Shown here: positions 60,155 through 64,000 of the stretch, piece by piece
Position numbering within the stretch: the stretch's first letter is position 1
Layout: every line of letters begins with the position of its first letter
Translations under genes and position numbers: made by a program
Source of the DNA: Spirochaetia bacterium
GTDB taxonomy: Bacteria > Spirochaetota > Spirochaetia > SP-2023
NCBI GenBank assembly: GCA_965263295.1
Contig: OZ253665.1
Span: 512,001 to 576,000 of the forward strand
Reading direction: 5' to 3'
Length of the DNA stretch: 64,000 bases
The notes under the pieces: generated by a model
Databases searched by the model: none
Seen by the model: only the letters and a program-made list of their open reading frames with translations
What the model was told of the DNA's origin: nothing

Positions 60155-62521
60155 TTATTTGCGCGAGCTTAGCAGCACTAGGTCGAGAAAAATGCTTGAA
60201 GGGGTTTGCCAAAAGTGATATCTAAGTTGTTTGTGATGCAACCAATGGAGCCAAAGGTCAGCTTGAGATATTGCGGATGCTATGGATTCTGTACTGCGCA
60301 AATGTGGTCGTTTGGAGTTTTGCCTATCGCCATCTTTTTTTCTTGCTTTATTGACTTTATTCGAGAGCTTTGTCTTGTCGTTTAGCTGGCTGTCTTGTTG
60401 TGCATCCTGTTTCTCTAGCTGGCTCAACAAGCCAGACACCCGCTTGCGTTGTTCGACATCGTTAAACATGCCTTCGTTTAGCTGTAGTTCTTGTTTTTGT
60501 GCCGCTGACCATTTTCGTTGTTGGGCAAGCCCGGTTAATACATGATTCCAAGTGCTCGCCATGTCTTCTATGAACGAGCAATAATCGTGGTAAAAAATCT
60601 TTTCGATACCAAGCAGGGTGCTGAAGGCCAGGGTGATCTCTTCTTGCATGCGCCGTGATTCCTGCCAGTTTTCAAAACAGTCTAGCAGCAGAGGAATGTC
60701 GACTTCAGGGCAACCGAGCAACTTGATGCTGTTAATTGAATAAATACAAATGCGTTGGTTCTGGTATTCGTTCAGGAGTATATCGCGCACATCTTTGAGG
60801 GAGTCGCGGTGCCCCAGGCGCCCCAAAGCGAGGATCGCTTGCGCCTTAAGGTTGTAGTCCGTGGAATTCAAGGCTTGCTGCAGGACGGGGATAGCTTCAT
60901 AGATGCCGCGTCTTCCCAGGATATTGACCGCATTGGCGCCAGTGGTATAGGGCGATAAGCTGACGTGTTCAATTAATAGTTGCTTGGCTTCTTGGGTTAA
61001 TTCGACTTCAGGGTTGTTCAAGACCTCAAGGGCTTCCAGGCGCAGTAGTAAGTTGGGAGCGCGTATTAGTTGCGGCAGTTCTTGCGATAGAATAGGGGAG
61101 GCAGGCCCCTTCCTGATCGCAGACACTAACTCTTGGTGTTGTTCCGTGGTCACCTGACCCTGGCTGCGCTCTAGCAGCCAGACTCCTTGCCAGGCACGGG
61201 GAGATAGAAAAACGCCGATACTCTGGGATAAAGTCATGGCTGAACCGCGCTTCAAAGATAATAATAGTAAGAGATTGATTGCCAGTAGCACAAGCACGGC
61301 GGCCCAGAATATTCGAAAAATATTGAAATCACTTGCATTGCTAAGAATGGGAAGGCTGTGCAGGGTATCCAGGGCAAACCCGCCCAGGATCACTCCAATT
61401 CCCCCTATCCCGCGGATTATTGTGATCAGCAGACTCTTGTTCAGATCCTTGCGGTCATTCAGATGGTTTAAAAAGTAGGCTTGCAGGCTGTCTTGTAGAA
61501 TTACGGTACTAATCACAATTAAAATATTTAGCAGAAATATCCAGTACGGCTGCCACAGTGAAGTGCGCATGTCGATAAGCATAGCGGTCACACCGAAGCT
61601 TAGGGCAATAGTAGTCAACACAGAAACAGGTTTCGGCCCCATGCGGTTAAGCAAAGGGCGGGCGGCCAATCCAAAGATAATGATGGCTATTGGACCGCCG
61701 AGCGAATAAGTCATGGCCGAACTATCTCCGATACTGTAGGCCTCTTTAAAGTAAACAATTAAGAAGACACTGACTATGGAGGACAAACCGAAACTCAATA
61801 GGGCACTGAGGGCAAATAGGCGAGAATCTTTGTAACTAAAAAAATTTATCAAAGTGAGCAATAAGCTATTCCGCTGTATTTTATTGGGCTGGTCTGTCAA
61901 GTTGTTTACGACTTGTGTCGATTGGGGAATCTCTTCTTGCAGCCCGTATATCATACCAGTGACGATGCCCAAGACAATCCCTACGGCGTAAAAGATGCTG
62001 TACATCCACAGTTGCTCATTGCGCAATAGTATACTACTCGCGGCGATAGCTATTAGGTTGCCGGTATTGGTAACCACTTGTAAATTGATAAAAAAGCTTG
62101 TGCGCTGTTTTTCAATGGTTAATTTGTCAAAAATTGGTATGTTACCGGCAATTCCGATACCGCGGCATATCTGGAAAAATAGCTGAGTTATCAGAAATAT
62201 GGCCACTACCAAGTCGGTCCCCGCGCCCAATAAAATCATAATTGGAGCCATTATCTGGGGGACTAGTAGCAATGCGCGGATAATCCAGATCCAAGAGACA
62301 GTTTGGATAACCCCGTATTGCTGGATCAGACCTTTACCCATGCCTGAAAACAACATGGCAAACCAGGGGAAAGCGGAAATTAGGCCCATCATACTCTTAT
62401 TCGTGCCAATCTGCAGCAAGAATAGTGTGACTAGATTGCCCATCATCAGCGGAAAAGACAAGGAATTGCTAAATGTACCCCAATAATATAATCGGCGGTA
62501 GCGGAATTCGGGGTCAATCAT
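60155..62521 (-). CDS. MFS-like transporter fused to C-terminal HEAT repeats
   Basis: About 12 hydrophobic segments followed by HEAT/PBS repeats (AVNILGRRG..EAIPVL; AILALGRLG). Confidence 0.78.
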   Translation of the reverse strand: MIDPEFRYRRLYYWGTFSNSLSFPLMMGNLVTLFLLQIGTNKSMMGLISAFPWFAMLFSGMGKGLIQQYGVIQTVSWIWIIRALLLVPQIMAPIMILLGAGTDLVVAIFLITQLFFQICRGIGIAGNIPIFDKLTIEKQRTSFFINLQVVTNTGNLIAIAASSILLRNEQLWMYSIFYAVGIVLGIVTGMIYGLQEEIPQSTQVVNNLTDQPNKIQRNSLLLTLINFFSYKDSRLFALSALLSFGLSSIVSVFLIVYFKEAYSIGDSSAMTYSLGGPIAIIIFGLAARPLLNRMGPKPVSVLTTIALSFGVTAMLIDMRTSLWQPYWIFLLNILIVISTVILQDSLQAYFLNHLNDRKDLNKSLLITIIRGIGGIGVILGGFALDTLHSLPILSNASDFNIFRIFWAAVLVLLAINLLLLLSLKRGSAMTLSQSIGVFLSPRAWQGVWLLERSQGQVTTEQHQELVSAIRKGPASPILSQELPQLIRAPNLLLRLEALEVLNNPEVELTQEAKQLLIEHVSLSPYTTGANAVNILGRRGIYEAIPVLQQALNSTDYNLKAQAILALGRLGHRDSLKDVRDILLNEYQNQRICIYSINSIKLLGCPEVDIPLLLDCFENWQESRRMQEEITLAFSTLLGIEKIFYHDYCSFIEDMASTWNHVLTGLAQQRKWSAAQKQELQLNEGMFNDVEQRKRVSGLLSQLEKQDAQQDSQLNDKTKLSNKVNKARKKDGDRQNSKRPHLRSTESIASAISQADLWLHWLHHKQLRYHFWQTPSSIFLDLVLLSSRK

Positions 62522-62741
62522 TATCTCAATTTATATACGCAGAATTTCTGCGAAGCATTACAGCGATTTTATGGGAAAACGAGTAAAAGGCAAGCTTTTC
62601 TAGTCGGGCACGAATACTTGTTTTTGGCTGTGAGCCCAATGTAAATTCAATATAAACTTAATTCAAAGTTCAAACGGCTAGAGGTTGCCGTCATTTAATC
62701 CTGCCAGAGTCTATGAAAAAGAATATGTAGGGGATGTGGGC

Positions 62742-63455
62742 TTAGGGACGCACAAAAGGATTATGTTGCATTTCTTGCCCTATCGTCGTAGGGGCTCCGT
62801 GCCCCGGAAAAACTTGTGTTGTGGGGGCTAGGCGGTAAAGCAGCTGCCGAATGGAGGCACTTAGCATTTCAAAATTGCCGCCAGGGAAATCACTGCGCCC
62901 TACTGAACCTTGGAAAAGTTGATCTCCCGTCATAACACAGGTCGGTTGGGGGAAATAATAGGCCAGTCCCCCCGGCGTGTGGCCGGGCATTGGCATGGCC
63001 GTAATTTTTAGTTCGGGCCATTCCGGTAAGGTGAAATCCAGATTCTGGGCCTGATCGGCACAGATGTCAAAATGGATGTCTAGGCATTCGTCTAATGAAA
63101 TGGCCTGTAGGTCGAAATCTCCGGCAAAAGCACTCATTATATGTGGATTTTCAAATAGCAATTGGTCGGCGGGGCTACCCCATACCGGCAGATTCAAGGT
63201 CGCTTGCAGGGCAGCGGCACCTCCCATGTGGTCCCAATGACCGTGGGTAAGTAGCAGCGCTTTGGGATCCAATTCCTCCTGAATTAAGACGTTGCGTATT
63301 GATTCAAGTGAATTGATCGGTGCATCAATAATAATAGCCTGGCCTTTTTCCTGTTTGTCAGCTTTCTGGTATAGAATGTGGCTGTTGGTTTGGATCGGAC
63401 CTAGAGCCAGGCTGATAACTTGAAAACCATGGTTGAGGCGACAAATTTTTGACAT
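62742..63455 (-). CDS. MBL-fold metallo-hydrolase (glyoxalase II/YcbL-like)
   Basis: THGHWDH, PGHTPG, GD.LF.GSVGRSD, PGHG. Confidence 0.93.
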   Translation of the reverse strand: MSKICRLNHGFQVISLALGPIQTNSHILYQKADKQEKGQAIIIDAPINSLESIRNVLIQEELDPKALLLTHGHWDHMGGAAALQATLNLPVWGSPADQLLFENPHIMSAFAGDFDLQAISLDECLDIHFDICADQAQNLDFTLPEWPELKITAMPMPGHTPGGLAYYFPQPTCVMTGDQLFQGSVGRSDFPGGNFEMLSASIRQLLYRLAPTTQVFPGHGAPTTIGQEMQHNPFVRP

Positions 63456-63460
63456 GGGAA

Positions 63461-64000
63461 CTAGTACAGTGAACTGCGGTATCTGCGCCCAATAGCATCA
63501 AATTGATGGGCATAGGCAAAAAACGACAAGAGCGAGACGAGCAGAATAAAAGCCATGATCCAATAGATATTTAATATGACGGCGGCACTGGTCAATATAC
63601 TTAGTAATAAAAACGCCAAAGCAAAATAAAGTAGGCTTCCTGCGCGCGCGCGCGCGCGAATGTCGAACTGAGGGTGCCGAACTAATTGTAAACATTCAAA
63701 TGCGAATACTACGAATTGAGAAAATAAAATGCGTGATAATGGGCTCAGGAACAGATCACGGGAACTGGGTAGAGGGCCCAGAAGTAGAAAGTCGTGAAAA
63801 TTTTCTGCTAAAAAGTAACCGCAGAGCCAGCAAAGTAACTCAGCAGAATGCACTGCGATACATCGGAACGGCAAGCCGCCACGAATATGTGCTTGTCGTT
63901 TGGCCATTTGTTTCGTCATGAGGCGGTAACGACGTAAAATGACAAATAATAAAATTAAGGCTGCGACAATACGAGAGTATGCTTCGCGCGACCGCAGCAA
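63461..64000 (-). CDS. C-terminal part of a membrane protein (5' end outside the window)
   Basis: Open frame to the window end with several hydrophobic segments. Confidence 0.6.
   Translation of the reverse strand: MLRSREAYSRIVAALILLFVILRRYRLMTKQMAKRQAHIRGGLPFRCIAVHSAELLCWLCGYFLAENFHDFLLLGPLPSSRDLFLSPLSRILFSQFVVFAFECLQLVRHPQFDIRARARAGSLLYFALAFLLLSILTSAAVILNIYWIMAFILLVSLLSFFAYAHQFDAIGRRYRSSLY

Overview
Chromosomal window from a spirochaete-like bacterium. The assignment rests on the 16S sequence, a divergent second EF-G, an EDPR-type MurE and a probable pallilysin-related lipoprotein. Most of the window is housekeeping: PBP1A, EF-G2, dxs, ruvA, phosphoglucomutase, TsaC, FtsB-like, murE, aroA, an ABC-F ATPase, three tRNAs and a stand-alone 16S rRNA gene with no linked 23S/5S. 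An accessory block (about 33.0-47.8 kb, ending just 3' of tRNA-Ser) holds a complete type I-C CRISPR-Cas system: cas3-cas5-cas8c (with internal cas11)-cas7-cas4-cas1-cas2, 62 intact repeats and 62 spacers by manual count. A MAPEG gene and a decayed IS5-family element follow. The most striking observation is that the last CRISPR repeat is split by a 748-bp element with no transposase. It has TGT...ACA ends, a 5-bp target duplication, repeated end motifs and an internal array of helically phased CGAAA modules, and looks like an internally deleted Mu-like/DDE transposable element inserted in a CRISPR repeat. Other notable items are an orphan polyketide beta-branching-type HMG-synthase plus dehydratase pair with no PKS or ACP, a large split-HPr protein coupled to a chemoreceptor, a ruvA-spore-photoproduct-lyase-like gene pair, and an expanded helix in the 16S rRNA. 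All calls come from motif recognition by eye; no database searches were run.
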